From: a virus
Taxonomy: Duplodnaviria > Caudoviricetes
Strand: one strand, 5' to 3'
IMG/VR virus record: IMGVR_UViG_3300022602_000179
Location: 1-43,649 of that record
Length of the DNA: 43,649 bases
A model generated the notes under the pieces. The model saw nothing but the letters and a program-made list of their open reading frames with translations, searched no databases and had not been told where the DNA came from. Below, piece after piece: positions 7,293-17,648 of the stretch. The position numbers were made by a program, and so were the translations under genes. The number at the start of each line of letters is the position of its first letter. The first letter of the stretch is position 1.

Positions 7293-8687
7293 ATGGAAAA
7301 TGTTATAGAAAACAATCAGGTAGCAATTATTAATAATTCTATCGAAGTATTCAGGTCAGCACCTGAAATTTTAAAGGCAAATCAGGAGCGTAGCAGAAAA
7401 GCACTGATAGTGGGTAAGAGTGTTATAGATCAGTTTGATAGTGCATGGATAATTGAAGATGAAGATCAGAGACTATTAGCACTAGCTGCTGCAGATGAAA
7501 GAGCAAATAAGTATCTGGTTAATTGCGGTGCTGCATTAAAAGAGGAAAAGGAAATGAGAGCTGCCATCACACAAATGATGGATGAGTTCAAAAAGATGTT
7601 CACTGGTGCTGAAAATGAGATTGATAAGAGTAAGCCAAATACTATTCCTTCTAAGGTTCAGAACTGGAGAGATCAGTATGCAGAGGAGTCTTTTAATATC
7701 CGTGAACGCAAAAGAAAAGAAGCTGAACGCATTGCAGCAAAAGCAAAAGAAGCTATTGATATTAAATCCGATGTTTCCAATAGTTATTCCCTTCAGTATA
7801 ATAATTTCTTACTGGAGCGCAAACAGAATATGTCTAAGAGCTTTAACGCAATTACTCTTGAAAACTTTGAAGAAAAAGAAACTAAATTAAGAGGCGCTGC
7901 ATTCAATTACAGCTTTGCCCCTTCACTTGCAAGACCTGGTACTTTATTGCATTCTACTACGGAGGTAAGGGAAATTGTCGAATCTGTTATGGAAGAAAAA
8001 GCAGACGAGTACATTAATAATTACAAAGCAGAAATGAACCTGTTACGTGATGAAATGATTGATAAGTTGCCATCCAAAAAAGCAGAATTGATTGAGGCTA
8101 AAAGATTAGCTGACGAAGCTGCTGCTGCTGTTGAAGCTGCAAGAATAGCAGATGAAAAAAGACAAATGGAAATGGCAAGAGCAAATGCTGCTGAAAAAAT
8201 AAGACTGGAGGAAGAAAGTCGAATTGCTCAGAAAAAGGAAGCCGAAAGACTTGCTAAGTTAAAAGCAGAGCAGGAAGCAGCTGCAGCAGCACAAAGACAA
8301 CGTGAGGAAGAAGAAGCGGCACGACTTAAGGCAGAAGCTGAAGAAGCACAAAAGCAAGCTGAACAGAAAGCTGAAATGGAGAAAGCAGGAGCACAAACAA
8401 TGGTTCTGTTTGAACAGGAAGCAGCTACTGCAGAAACTACTACCAATACTGAAGTAAGACAAGGGTTTGAAATTACAGTACTTCATCAGGCTGCTTATGT
8501 ACAGATTTTCCAACTATGGTTTGAGAATGAAGGAAAGAACCTGACTATTGATAAGATCGGAAATACTAAGCTTGATCAGATGAAGGCATGGGCTGAGAAA
8601 TATGCACAAAAGACTAATACCAAGATTGAAAGCAAGTTTATGAGATATGATGATTCATTTAAAGCTGTAAACAGAAAAACTAAGTAA
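7293..8687 (+). CDS. Long coiled-coil phage protein
   Basis: Ala/Glu/Lys/Arg-rich helical region; lies between recT and the nuclease. Confidence 0.7.
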   Translation: MENVIENNQVAIINNSIEVFRSAPEILKANQERSRKALIVGKSVIDQFDSAWIIEDEDQRLLALAAADERANKYLVNCGAALKEEKEMRAAITQMMDEFKKMFTGAENEIDKSKPNTIPSKVQNWRDQYAEESFNIRERKRKEAERIAAKAKEAIDIKSDVSNSYSLQYNNFLLERKQNMSKSFNAITLENFEEKETKLRGAAFNYSFAPSLARPGTLLHSTTEVREIVESVMEEKADEYINNYKAEMNLLRDEMIDKLPSKKAELIEAKRLADEAAAAVEAARIADEKRQMEMARANAAEKIRLEEESRIAQKKEAERLAKLKAEQEAAAAAQRQREEEEAARLKAEAEEAQKQAEQKAEMEKAGAQTMVLFEQEAATAETTTNTEVRQGFEITVLHQAAYVQIFQLWFENEGKNLTIDKIGNTKLDQMKAWAEKYAQKTNTKIESKFMRYDDSFKAVNRKTK

Positions 8688-8689
8688 CC

Positions 8690-8971
8690 ATGTCAATAAC
8701 AAAAGGTAAATGGAAGGTTGGAAAATATGGCAGTACCGTTGTTTCTGATACTATTCCTTCAAACTACATAGGTTGTAGCGGTCATGATGATACCGAATAT
8801 TATGGAGGTTTTCTAATAGGTGAAAGTATTAGTAAAGATGATGCCATAGCTATTGCTAAACTTCCAGAAATCAAATTGATACTAGAAAGGACTTTTCATA
8901 TCACAAATAATAAAACCAGAGCTGGGTTAAAATTGATTGGAGACATCCAAGAAATATTAAAATACTTATAA
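8690..8971 (+). CDS. Hypothetical phage protein
   Basis: TKGKW N-terminus and DAIAIAKLPE motif, common in small phage proteins. Confidence 0.6.
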   Translation: MSITKGKWKVGKYGSTVVSDTIPSNYIGCSGHDDTEYYGGFLIGESISKDDAIAIAKLPEIKLILERTFHITNNKTRAGLKLIGDIQEILKYL

Positions 8972-9627
8972 TGGAGTTAAACTACTACGCAAGGCCGGAG
9001 GTTTCCAATTCAGAGCTGGGATGGTTGGAAAAATACTTCTTACCTCAGTCATTTGTGATTGATCTGGAAGCGGCCTTTCGTTTTGGTTCATTACTGGATG
9101 CGATGATTACCGAACCAGCATTGGTTGATTATTATAAACTGACTTGTGCTGGCATCCATTATACAAAGGAAGAATTTCAGAAGGCAGAAGCCATGAAGAA
9201 AGTATTTTTTGCTGATACATTTTGTAAGTCGTTAGCGGCTCAATGTGAGATGCAGAAGGTTTCCATTAAAAAGGATTGGCCTATTACTTATGAAGGATTC
9301 CAGTTCGCTTTAGATGTTCGCTGTAAGTGGGATTTTTTTGCTCCTAAGATTGATTTGTCCGGCGACTTAAAAACTACTGCCTGTACTACCCAGAAGCAAT
9401 TCGAGGAAAGTATTCTGCATTACAACTATGACAGACAGGCAGCCTGGTATATGGATATTGAAAACAAATCCAACTTCATATTTATTGGAATCAGTAAAGT
9501 GAATTACAAGATTTTCAAAGTTCCATTAAAAAGGGGCAGTGCTCTTTACAATAGTGGTAAAGCAAAATATCAGGAATTAGCATTCAGATACTGGTACTTA
9601 TTTGGTGACTTAAAACTGGCTGCATAA
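8971..9627 (+). CDS. PD-(D/E)XK exonuclease (RecE/ExoVIII-like)
   Basis: VSNSEL, FGSLLD, RCKWD, GDLKTT and YDRQAAWY motifs. Confidence 0.8.
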   Translation: MELNYYARPEVSNSELGWLEKYFLPQSFVIDLEAAFRFGSLLDAMITEPALVDYYKLTCAGIHYTKEEFQKAEAMKKVFFADTFCKSLAAQCEMQKVSIKKDWPITYEGFQFALDVRCKWDFFAPKIDLSGDLKTTACTTQKQFEESILHYNYDRQAAWYMDIENKSNFIFIGISKVNYKIFKVPLKRGSALYNSGKAKYQELAFRYWYLFGDLKLAA

Positions 9628-10085
9628 TGAGAGAACTTGTAATTGACATGAGTAATAATTCCATCCTTAATATGGACGAATTTAAGCAGCTTTTCTACGG
9701 GCTTAAAAATGGAAAATATTACCTGAAACTTAAAGATTATCGTAAGAGAAGTATTCCTCAGAACAGATATTACAGAGGCGTTGTAGTGCCACTGGTAAGA
9801 GAAGGATTATATGAAGCTGGTTATGATGAAGTAAAGACTAATGATGATGCTCATGAGGTACTGAAGGGATTGTTTCATAAAAAGAATGTTGTTAATAAAC
9901 TGACAGGTGATGTGATTACAACTGTATTAAGTACAACTGAGTTTACAATTCCGGAGTTTGAAAAGTACATAGAAACTATTTGCAAGTGGGCTGCAGAATA
10001 TTTAGGAGTGATTATTCCTGCACCTTATCAGGTTTATGTTGAATATATTGATTGGGTAGATACAATACTGGAAAATGAGGCTTAA
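9627..10085 (+). CDS. NinB-like protein
   Basis: RSIPQNRYY, HEVLK, STTEFT..EF..YIE.I and LGVIIP motifs. Confidence 0.6.
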   Translation: MRELVIDMSNNSILNMDEFKQLFYGLKNGKYYLKLKDYRKRSIPQNRYYRGVVVPLVREGLYEAGYDEVKTNDDAHEVLKGLFHKKNVVNKLTGDVITTVLSTTEFTIPEFEKYIETICKWAAEYLGVIIPAPYQVYVEYIDWVDTILENEA

Positions 10086-10350
10086 AGTAGATATAAGAAG
10101 TGTATTTAATCCATCTGAAATATATGGCAGAAGTGGTGAAGAAGTTGAAATAATAAGAGATGGAAACCCATGTATTGTAGAAAATGAAAACGGTAAAAGG
10201 TTTCCGGTTTTAAAATCAAATCTTACTGATAAACCAATCGAATTAAAAAAGGAAATTATAACTGTACCTGATGCTACAGTTCAAAATAAAATTAAACGGG
10301 GACCGGTATCTAAAAAGGCGGTTTCCATTAATCAAAAAACACTGTTTTAA
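10075..10350 (+). CDS. Hypothetical protein (SH3-like)
   Basis: Overlapping coupled ORF with a beta-rich N-terminal half. Confidence 0.55.
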   Translation: MRLKVDIRSVFNPSEIYGRSGEEVEIIRDGNPCIVENENGKRFPVLKSNLTDKPIELKKEIITVPDATVQNKIKRGPVSKKAVSINQKTLF

Positions 10351-10351
10351 A

Positions 10352-10849
10352 ATGAATGTAAAAATTAAAAAGGCAAAGATCAAAGACGATCTGTTCTTAG
10401 AAGTAGAGTACACTGAAAATTTAGAGGGACACACAAAGAAGGATACTAAGCTATCCTGCACAGTGCCAGTTCATGAAGATTTGAAAGCTTCATTTGAAAA
10501 GTTACATAAACACTTAGCCATCCTTTGTGATGAAGTACCAGAGCCAAAGAAGAAAGAGTTTGCAGGTGCTTTATTCCCTGACTTTTCAGCAAGAGGCTTC
10601 TCCATCGGTGGCAATGATGAGAATGAAGGTGTTACCATTAGTGGCTCGAAGTCTGGAAAGTATGGTACCGTTAATCTAAATACTCCTTTTAAAAAGTATG
10701 AGGATTCGGAGTATCCTTTTATCAGCCAGTTAGGCGAAGATATTGCAGCGGCTGTATATGAAGTGGAGCAATATCTGTTTGAAGGAAAGAGAGCACCGGA
10801 ACAGCAGTTATCGCTTGAATTTAAAGACGATAACGATGAAAGCATCTAA
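10352..10849 (+). CDS. Hypothetical phage protein
   Basis: Likely start MNVKIKK at 10352; ends with QLSLEF, a clamp-binding-like motif. Confidence 0.65.
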   Translation: MNVKIKKAKIKDDLFLEVEYTENLEGHTKKDTKLSCTVPVHEDLKASFEKLHKHLAILCDEVPEPKKKEFAGALFPDFSARGFSIGGNDENEGVTISGSKSGKYGTVNLNTPFKKYEDSEYPFISQLGEDIAAAVYEVEQYLFEGKRAPEQQLSLEFKDDNDESI

Positions 10850-11162
10850 TCTGTTATTATCTCCACAAAAGAAGTACCGGAAAATGTTAGGAATTCTGGA
10901 CTCGAATGGATTTGTAATACACATAAATCGGGTTGAAGCAAAGCGATTTGAACTTCAGGTAAACTTTCAGATTATCAGGAAGTACAGGAAAAGAGATAGT
11001 TGTAATCAGTACATCAAAAAATTATATAATAAAATTAAAGCTGAACAAAATGGCAAAAGCGACAAAAAAAATAGCACAGAAGGAACAAAGTGTTTTGAGT
11101 GTAGAGTCTATACCAATGGTGGTGATATTACCCTGCAAAAATCAGCCAAGGAAGTCATTTAA
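10836..11162 (+). CDS. Hypothetical basic protein
   Basis: Likely start MKASN at 10836, overlapping both neighbours. Confidence 0.45.
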   Translation: MKASNLLLSPQKKYRKMLGILDSNGFVIHINRVEAKRFELQVNFQIIRKYRKRDSCNQYIKKLYNKIKAEQNGKSDKKNSTEGTKCFECRVYTNGGDITLQKSAKEVI

Positions 11163-12573
11163 TGAAGAATCTATCAAAGAGCTTGCAGATAGTATGGAAG
11201 CTAATGGATTATTGCTTCCTATTATTATTCGCCCGGATGCTGATGGATATGAAATTGTTGCAGGGGAACGTAGATACAGAGCTGCTAAGTTACTGAAGTG
11301 GGAAACTATACCTGCAATTATTAAAAGTGTATCAGATGAAGAGATGCTGGAGATTCAGGTCCTGGAGAACTTACAACGTGAGGACATAAGTCCTTTGGAT
11401 GAAGCGGCATCTTTTCAGACACTTCTTAAAAAAGAAAGTATTGAGTGGTTATCCTCTAAGATTCATAAGTCAAAGAAGTATGTTCTCGATAGAATTAAGC
11501 TGAATGACTTATGTATGGATGCTAAAATGTATCTTGCTACAGGAGTGTTGCCTTTAGGTCACGCAGTACTGTTATCAAAGATTAAAGAAGAAGATCAGGA
11601 AAAGATTTTGAATAATATTATCACTACTCCTTATAATGATAAAGGAGAGAAAGATGGTAGTTTAAGTTTTTGCTATAAAACACATTCAGATTTAAAGTCA
11701 TTGATCAGCAATTTGTTTACTTCATTTACTAGTGCACCGTTTAGTTTATCCAGTTCAGAATTAATAGACGGTATACCTTCCTGTAATGATTGTGATAAAA
11801 GAACTTGTAACCAGAACCTTCTTTTTGGTGACATTACCAGCAATGATAGTTGTACTGATCCTATTTGCTTCAAGAGCAAGTCTGATACTCATATTTCTAA
11901 TACCTTGAAAGAATTAAAAGAGAAACACGGCAAAGTATATTCTGCTGAATGGGATTCTTATGGTAGTAGTTTTCATAATATCAAGGCAAATGGTCAGAAG
12001 TTAATGATGCACGATAAGCCAGTAGAAGGAAGTGTTCCAGTTGTTATTACAAAATCCGCCAATGGATGGCATTCTCAAAAGGTTGGTACAGTAGGATATG
12101 TTATTATGCCAGAAAAACAAGAGATTGAAAAGGCTAAAGCTGAAAAACAATCTTCTGGTAATAATATGTCATGGGAGCAAAGACAAAAGCACAAGTTTGA
12201 TATTGTTATTAAGCCTCGGATTAAAATAATGGCTGAATACTATAACAGCAAAAATTACCAAACTTCAAAAGGTTTTCTGGAGCAACTAATATTTTTCTAC
12301 TTCACTAATTTGAGAGATAATGAGCTTGCTGCAATGCTGGTAGAATTTGGAGCATTAAATTTAGAAGATGCTGAATATGAAACCATTGATAATGTAGAAC
12401 GGGAAGTTATATATGCCCATTTGCATGCGTTTATTATTGGCAATAAATCTAATCCTGAAATGCTTGCAGCTCTTGCTTTATTACTTAACAAGGTAGAAGA
12501 TACCAGCGAAGAAGATAGTGAAGAATTTGAAGAGCCTTCCTGGAATGAAATTACTAAAAAATTAGGATTATAG
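11050..12573 (+). CDS. ParB/Spo0J-family protein with Cys cluster
   Basis: QPRKSF, IVAGERRYRA, ENLQREDISPLDEA; CNDC...C..PIC. Confidence 0.85.
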   Translation: MAKATKKIAQKEQSVLSVESIPMVVILPCKNQPRKSFNEESIKELADSMEANGLLLPIIIRPDADGYEIVAGERRYRAAKLLKWETIPAIIKSVSDEEMLEIQVLENLQREDISPLDEAASFQTLLKKESIEWLSSKIHKSKKYVLDRIKLNDLCMDAKMYLATGVLPLGHAVLLSKIKEEDQEKILNNIITTPYNDKGEKDGSLSFCYKTHSDLKSLISNLFTSFTSAPFSLSSSELIDGIPSCNDCDKRTCNQNLLFGDITSNDSCTDPICFKSKSDTHISNTLKELKEKHGKVYSAEWDSYGSSFHNIKANGQKLMMHDKPVEGSVPVVITKSANGWHSQKVGTVGYVIMPEKQEIEKAKAEKQSSGNNMSWEQRQKHKFDIVIKPRIKIMAEYYNSKNYQTSKGFLEQLIFFYFTNLRDNELAAMLVEFGALNLEDAEYETIDNVEREVIYAHLHAFIIGNKSNPEMLAALALLLNKVEDTSEEDSEEFEEPSWNEITKKLGL

Positions 12574-12574
12574 T

Positions 12575-14293
12575 ATGCTTGATATCCAACCTACACATAA
12601 TGGATTTGAGGTTTCCTTCCAGTACAAGCCTTGGTTAGTAGCTGCTATCAAACAAATACCCGGAGTAAGATTTAACGGTGGTAAAAAGAACTGGTGGGTA
12701 CCTGAATCATCCGGTACAGCTTTAATGAATTGGGCTAAAGGTCTGAATGCTAAAGTGGCAGCTACTAAGAAGGTGGAAATCGGAGAAATAGATCCACTTC
12801 CGGAATTGACTGTTGAAATTCCTATGAAGAGAACTATGTTTCCTTATCAGGCTAATGGTGTTGCTTATAACCTTATTCATGAACGTGTGATAATTGGAGA
12901 CGAACCGGGATTAGGAAAGACCGGCCAGAGTATTGCTACTATGCTTGGTGCCGGAGCTAAATGTATTCTGGTAATATGTCCGGCGACATTAAAGGAAAAC
13001 TGGAAAGTTGAGATTGAACAGAAGTGGACCTGGGATAAAGCAATGATCCTGAATGACAGGGTTAAGACTACATGGCCGCAATACTACAAGGTAGGGATAG
13101 TTAAATGGTTCATCATTAATTATGAGAGTCTGAAAAAATTCTTTGTAACTAAAATTGATAAAGTATTCGATGAAAACGGAAAACAAATGCCGCTCAGGCT
13201 GAATCATATCCACTTTAATGACAATATCAGTCTGTTCGATGGAATCATCATTGATGAGATTCACCGCTGTAAAGACGGAAAGACTCAGACAAGTAAGTTC
13301 TGCATGGGTGTTGCACGTGGTAAAAAATGGGTATTAGGTCTTACAGGAACTCCTGTAATGAATAAACCTAATGATCTTATACCACAGCTCCACATCATTA
13401 ATCATTTGCAATCTATGGGTGGATACAAATATTTTAATGACCGGTATTGTGATGGTCCAAATGGTTCATCTAATCTGAAGGAACTTAACTACTTTTTGAA
13501 TAAGCATTGTTTTTACAGAAGACTAAAGAAAGATGTATTAAAAGACCTTCCGGATAAGATCAGATCAGTTATTAAAGTGGATATTACCAATATGCCTGAA
13601 TACTTAAAGGCAGAAGAACACTTTATTGAATACTTACGGGAGAACCTGAAGAAGAGTGAAGGTGAAATTGACACTGCACTTCGTGGCCAGATCATGGTGC
13701 ATATTGGAATACTGAAGAAGATTGCAGCCAGAGGAAAGATTGAAGCAATAATTGAAGCTGTTGAGGAAGTGACAGATGCCGGAGAGAAACTGGTATTGTT
13801 TGCCTGGCATAAAGAAATAGTGCATGAACTGAAGAAACATTTTCCAAAGGCAGTATCTATTGTAGGTGATGATGATATGGAAACCCGTAACAGATCTGTT
13901 TATGAATTCCAGAAGTGTAAAAAATGTGGTGTAAAGTTTGAGGACCATAATAATAGTCATGATTATGTCGGAAGTGATACTGGTTTGATTGTATGTAATA
14001 TCAAAAGTGGAGGAGTTGGTATTACACTGACAGCAGCATCCAGAGTATATTTTATTGAGTTACCATGGAATAGTGCTCAGTCTGATCAGTGTGAGGATAG
14101 ATGTCACCGTATCAGCCAGAAGGATAGTGTACAGGCTGGTTTCTTCGTAGGACGTAATACAATAGATGAGTATATCTATGATATTATTGAAAAGAAACGA
14201 TTGATTGCCAATGAGGTCACCGGTGATGATAGTGCTATCGAAACCAGTGTGATTAATGAATTTATAAATGTATTTACTAAAGATAAGTTTTAA
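12575..14293 (+). CDS. SNF2-family (HARP/SMARCAL1-like) helicase
   Basis: N-terminal HARP-like domain, DEPGLGKT, DEIH, LTGTP, GVGITLT and QCEDRCHRI. Confidence 0.9.
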   Translation: MLDIQPTHNGFEVSFQYKPWLVAAIKQIPGVRFNGGKKNWWVPESSGTALMNWAKGLNAKVAATKKVEIGEIDPLPELTVEIPMKRTMFPYQANGVAYNLIHERVIIGDEPGLGKTGQSIATMLGAGAKCILVICPATLKENWKVEIEQKWTWDKAMILNDRVKTTWPQYYKVGIVKWFIINYESLKKFFVTKIDKVFDENGKQMPLRLNHIHFNDNISLFDGIIIDEIHRCKDGKTQTSKFCMGVARGKKWVLGLTGTPVMNKPNDLIPQLHIINHLQSMGGYKYFNDRYCDGPNGSSNLKELNYFLNKHCFYRRLKKDVLKDLPDKIRSVIKVDITNMPEYLKAEEHFIEYLRENLKKSEGEIDTALRGQIMVHIGILKKIAARGKIEAIIEAVEEVTDAGEKLVLFAWHKEIVHELKKHFPKAVSIVGDDDMETRNRSVYEFQKCKKCGVKFEDHNNSHDYVGSDTGLIVCNIKSGGVGITLTAASRVYFIELPWNSAQSDQCEDRCHRISQKDSVQAGFFVGRNTIDEYIYDIIEKKRLIANEVTGDDSAIETSVINEFINVFTKDKF

Positions 14294-14301
14294 ACCCATC
14301 A

Positions 14302-15195
14302 ATGAAGGAAGATCAAAACTATATAGAAGTGGTGAAGGCTGTATGGAAGAAGTATCAAAGTTCAATACTTGAACCTAATGACTATTGCTTAATGATGCGT
14401 TTAATCGCCATTAGCAACGATGACATGAGTTGGGAGAATTGCTTTTTAAGGAACAACTACGAGTTATCCGGTACTACGAAACTTTCTATGAAACAATTAA
14501 CCAACTCCCGCAATAAGTTGCAACAGACAGGATTAATATCCTTTGAGCAAAGAAATGGGATTGCTAATTGTAAGTATGAAATTCATTATGATGTCATTTT
14601 AGACCTATGCAAAAAAAGCAAAGGTTTGGGAAAGGTTAGGGAAAGGTTAGGGAAAGGTAACGGCATACATAAACTAAACAATACAACTAAACTAAACAAT
14701 ACATCTAAATCTCATTGCGAACCGCAAGCGGTTTCGCCTGAAAAAGATAAAACAGAGTATTGGAAAGTTTTAGTTGATACATGGTTTGATTTTTATTCCA
14801 AACATTTCAAAACAGAGGAAGGAAATCCAAAAAAGCCAATTTTTAAAGGATCACAGCAAAAAAACTTAAAGGATATCATTGGCGAGTTAAAAAAAATCTG
14901 CATTGAAAATAAATCCGATTGGACACAGGAAAATGCAGTACGGTACCTTGAAAGGTTTTTTGAAAGAGCTTACAATCATGATCAATGGATGAAAACAAAT
15001 TATGAACTAGGAAACATGCTTTCAAAGTTCAATTCTATCACAGCAAAAAAACAAGAAAATGGAACAATTACAAGACCAAATACAACAGGCAACAATGGGG
15101 TTGCAGGTCGTCAACAGTCAACAGTTGGAGGATTACTCCGGGAATTTGGAAAGGACATCGCCAACGCTGACCTGCAGGAATATTCTGAAGGCTAA
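14302..15195 (+). CDS. Replication initiator (wHTH) containing iterons
   Basis: wHTH-like SRNKLQQTGLISF; internal DNA repeats; followed by a loader-like gene. Confidence 0.65.
   Translation: MKEDQNYIEVVKAVWKKYQSSILEPNDYCLMMRLIAISNDDMSWENCFLRNNYELSGTTKLSMKQLTNSRNKLQQTGLISFEQRNGIANCKYEIHYDVILDLCKKSKGLGKVRERLGKGNGIHKLNNTTKLNNTSKSHCEPQAVSPEKDKTEYWKVLVDTWFDFYSKHFKTEEGNPKKPIFKGSQQKNLKDIIGELKKICIENKSDWTQENAVRYLERFFERAYNHDQWMKTNYELGNMLSKFNSITAKKQENGTITRPNTTGNNGVAGRQQSTVGGLLREFGKDIANADLQEYSEG
14620..14706 (+). repeat. Iterons / putative replication origin
   Basis: 11-bp AAAGGTTWGGG x3 plus a partial copy (14620-14660), then 18-bp AAACTAAACAATACAWCT x2 (14671-14706). Confidence 0.65.
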
Positions 15196-15970
15196 GCATA
15201 CTGGTAAAATTCTAAGAGTAATGCCTGAAAAGGAAATTAAGGTACTTACAAAAGGTGCACTGGCAGTAATATCTGTTACTACAGGATTTACACTTCCTGA
15301 AACGCATTTTAAAAATGGACTCCCGGATGAGGAAGGAGAGCTGATGTTATCTATCCTGATTGACCAGTTAACCAAAGTTCTGATTGAAAGATACAATACT
15401 TTGACTTTTGAAGAGATAAAGTATGCTTTCAGAAATTATGCTGATCAGGTGCAGGATTGGGGTAAACACTTTAATCTGAATTTATTCCATAAAGTAATGA
15501 GAATATACCTGGAGTATAGAGCTTTTGCTGTAGATGATGAGGAAAGGATGCTGGAACTACCACCTGAAGAATTAAATAAACCGAATGTAAATGATACCAG
15601 ACGTGTGATGGTAGAGAATGCATATCAGGATTTCTTATTAGGTTCAACATCATTTATTAGACTTCCGGTTAATGGAATTGATATTCTGATTGATGATAGG
15701 GAAATTTTCTTTAAAGAGGAAGAATTCCTTCAGGGTGATCTGATTGAAAGATTTATTGAACCTGCCAGAAGTAAACTAATTGTTCATGCTTCAGAAATAC
15801 AGGCAAAGGGATGGTTGGAAGAAATTAAAGAATTAAAGACAGATGGAAATATAAAAGTTGAAAACTATGCCCGTAAAATGGCTTTGATGAAAGCGTTCTA
15901 TGATTTCAAAAAATCTAAGTTTAAAAACATTTATGATATAACTGAAAAATATACCAATGGCAAAAATTAA
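15059..15970 (+). CDS. Putative helicase loader / replication accessory protein
   Basis: Position after the initiator; LTFEEIKYAF motif. Confidence 0.5.
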   Translation: MEQLQDQIQQATMGLQVVNSQQLEDYSGNLERTSPTLTCRNILKAKHTGKILRVMPEKEIKVLTKGALAVISVTTGFTLPETHFKNGLPDEEGELMLSILIDQLTKVLIERYNTLTFEEIKYAFRNYADQVQDWGKHFNLNLFHKVMRIYLEYRAFAVDDEERMLELPPEELNKPNVNDTRRVMVENAYQDFLLGSTSFIRLPVNGIDILIDDREIFFKEEEFLQGDLIERFIEPARSKLIVHASEIQAKGWLEEIKELKTDGNIKVENYARKMALMKAFYDFKKSKFKNIYDITEKYTNGKN

Positions 15971-16352
15971 AATGATAGGTGGAATTGATATTTCAAAGGT
16001 TGCACATTTGAATCCTGATTTATCTGTTCCGGATCCATCAAATAAGAAATCTAAGTACAGAAATACTAAAGTGGTTGTTGATGGTATAAAATTCGATTCA
16101 GCCAAAGAGGCTAAAAGATACGGAGTTTTAAAATTACTTGAAAAAACAGGTGCTATAAGCCAATTGCGATTACAGGTTGTTTTTGTTATGCAGTCATTTA
16201 AATATAAAGCTGATTTTGTTTACTGGGATAATGATGCAGATGTGGAAGTAGTAGAGGATGTAAAGTCAGATATAACAAGAAAGTTGCCAGTTTATCGTAT
16301 GAAAAAGAAAGCAATGTTTAATGAATTAGGAATTGAAATCAAGGAAGTATAA
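15957..16352 (+). CDS. DUF1064-family putative endonuclease
   Basis: SKYRN, DGIKFDSAKEA, YKADFVY and VEDVK motifs. Confidence 0.8.
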   Translation: MAKIKMIGGIDISKVAHLNPDLSVPDPSNKKSKYRNTKVVVDGIKFDSAKEAKRYGVLKLLEKTGAISQLRLQVVFVMQSFKYKADFVYWDNDADVEVVEDVKSDITRKLPVYRMKKKAMFNELGIEIKEV

Positions 16353-16569
16353 TATGGCATTTGAATATATTGATAAATACACAGACGAGCTTGCTGCAGA
16401 ATATAAGAAAAGTGGTAGAACTGAATATCTTTTTGCACTTATCAGTTATTATGAAATAGTTCTAAAAGCAGCAAAATTTAAAAGTCAGAGAAAATATTGT
16501 GAGTTAGTTATATTTAAAATAGAACCTGCTTACTACAAAGGATACTTTAAAAGAGATCAACCAAAATAA
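16353..16569 (+). CDS. Hypothetical protein
   Basis: ORF; likely start MAFEY just after the DUF1064 stop. Confidence 0.5.
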
Positions 16570-16574
16570 AAATT

Positions 16575-16868
16575 ATGACAAAACAAGAGTTATTTAAAAA
16601 GTATTCAATTGAAGAAAAACATAATGTTTGGGAATCAATTGATAGTTGGATGTCTATTGAAATATATAGATTAATGCATAATGGAAACTTACCACCTGAA
16701 GGAGATGCTTCTACAAAGTGGATTTTAGAATTCCTTGATAAGATTAAAAATGATGTTCCCTGGTCAGTGAAATATGTAATGAGTAGATCAGATTGGGGAA
16801 GTCTTTATTTAACTGCTAAAAGGATGATATATAAACTATCAGATGAAATATTAATTGAAAGTATATGA
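16575..16868 (+). CDS. Hypothetical protein
   Basis: Coupled ORF. Confidence 0.55.
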   Translation: MTKQELFKKYSIEEKHNVWESIDSWMSIEIYRLMHNGNLPPEGDASTKWILEFLDKIKNDVPWSVKYVMSRSDWGSLYLTAKRMIYKLSDEILIESI

Positions 16869-17143
16869 GTAAAATAAACACTTACAAATGTCAAAACGGA
16901 CACGAAACAGTTACAGTTGATTTAGTAGAAGGTACTACTCCTATGATGATCAGATGCAAGCAAAAGGATGAAGATGGGAAACATAATTGTACATTATTTG
17001 CAAAATCTGGTTTTTATATGGTTGATCAGACTTTAACTCCTGAATATGAATGGTATAAACCAGACAATCTAAAAAAACTAAATCCTGAAGAAAGACAACA
17101 CGTTAAGTTAGGAGGTTTATTAATAAGAAAAAGGAAAAGCTAA
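16865..17143 (+). CDS. Zn-ribbon-like hypothetical protein
   Basis: C..GH...C...C pattern; ATGA overlap. Confidence 0.55.
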   Translation: MSKINTYKCQNGHETVTVDLVEGTTPMMIRCKQKDEDGKHNCTLFAKSGFYMVDQTLTPEYEWYKPDNLKKLNPEERQHVKLGGLLIRKRKS

Positions 17144-17217
17144 CTATTAGCTAACACTTTTTGAAGCGATTGTATATCCGGAAACAAACTTCATCTTAGC
17201 CATATAAATATTTAACT

Positions 17218-17574
17218 ATGCAATTCAAATCACATAACGAAATTAAAGCTGCTGCTAAAAAGTATAATGGTCAGGATAAAGAAGATTTACTATTAATTGC
17301 TAATTCTGTTAAAAATCAAAATTGGACGGAAGCAAATATGTTTGTAAAAAATCTTGATATAATCATTCGTGATGAGTGTTTCGAAGAAAGACTGGAGGAT
17401 GCACTTAATCCAAAATATTTATTTTCACTTACAGCTAATGATTTGCTTTGCAAAATTGTAAATGGTGAAATTGATCCTAAAGAATTAGCCTGGTCTGAAT
17501 TAAGGAACAGAGGATATGATTCTAATGGTAAATGGGTAGGCTTTAAAGATGGAGCATGTAAAAAGCCTTTTTAG
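17218..17574 (+). CDS. Hypothetical protein
   Basis: ORF with an AT-rich leader. Confidence 0.55.
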   Translation: MQFKSHNEIKAAAKKYNGQDKEDLLLIANSVKNQNWTEANMFVKNLDIIIRDECFEERLEDALNPKYLFSLTANDLLCKIVNGEIDPKELAWSELRNRGYDSNGKWVGFKDGACKKPF

Positions 17575-17598
17575 ATAGTATCTGTCCATATTTGTCCT

Positions 17599-17644
17599 AA
17601 AAATACTCTATTTGATAAATTTATTATCATTTAGAGTATTTTTG
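17599..17644 (+). promoter_or_regulatory. Late promoter 1: inverted pair of TTATC-W5-GAGTA boxes plus -7 box
   Basis: Boxes at 17604-17618 (-) and 17624-17638 (+). TATTTTTG at 17637-17644; TTTG at 17611-17614. Confidence 0.65.
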
Positions 17645-17648
17645 TATT

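Noticed and set aside
14620-14660. Telomere-like TTAGGG repeats / G-quadruplex
   Set aside because: Only three GGG tracts within 11-bp units; better explained as iterons.
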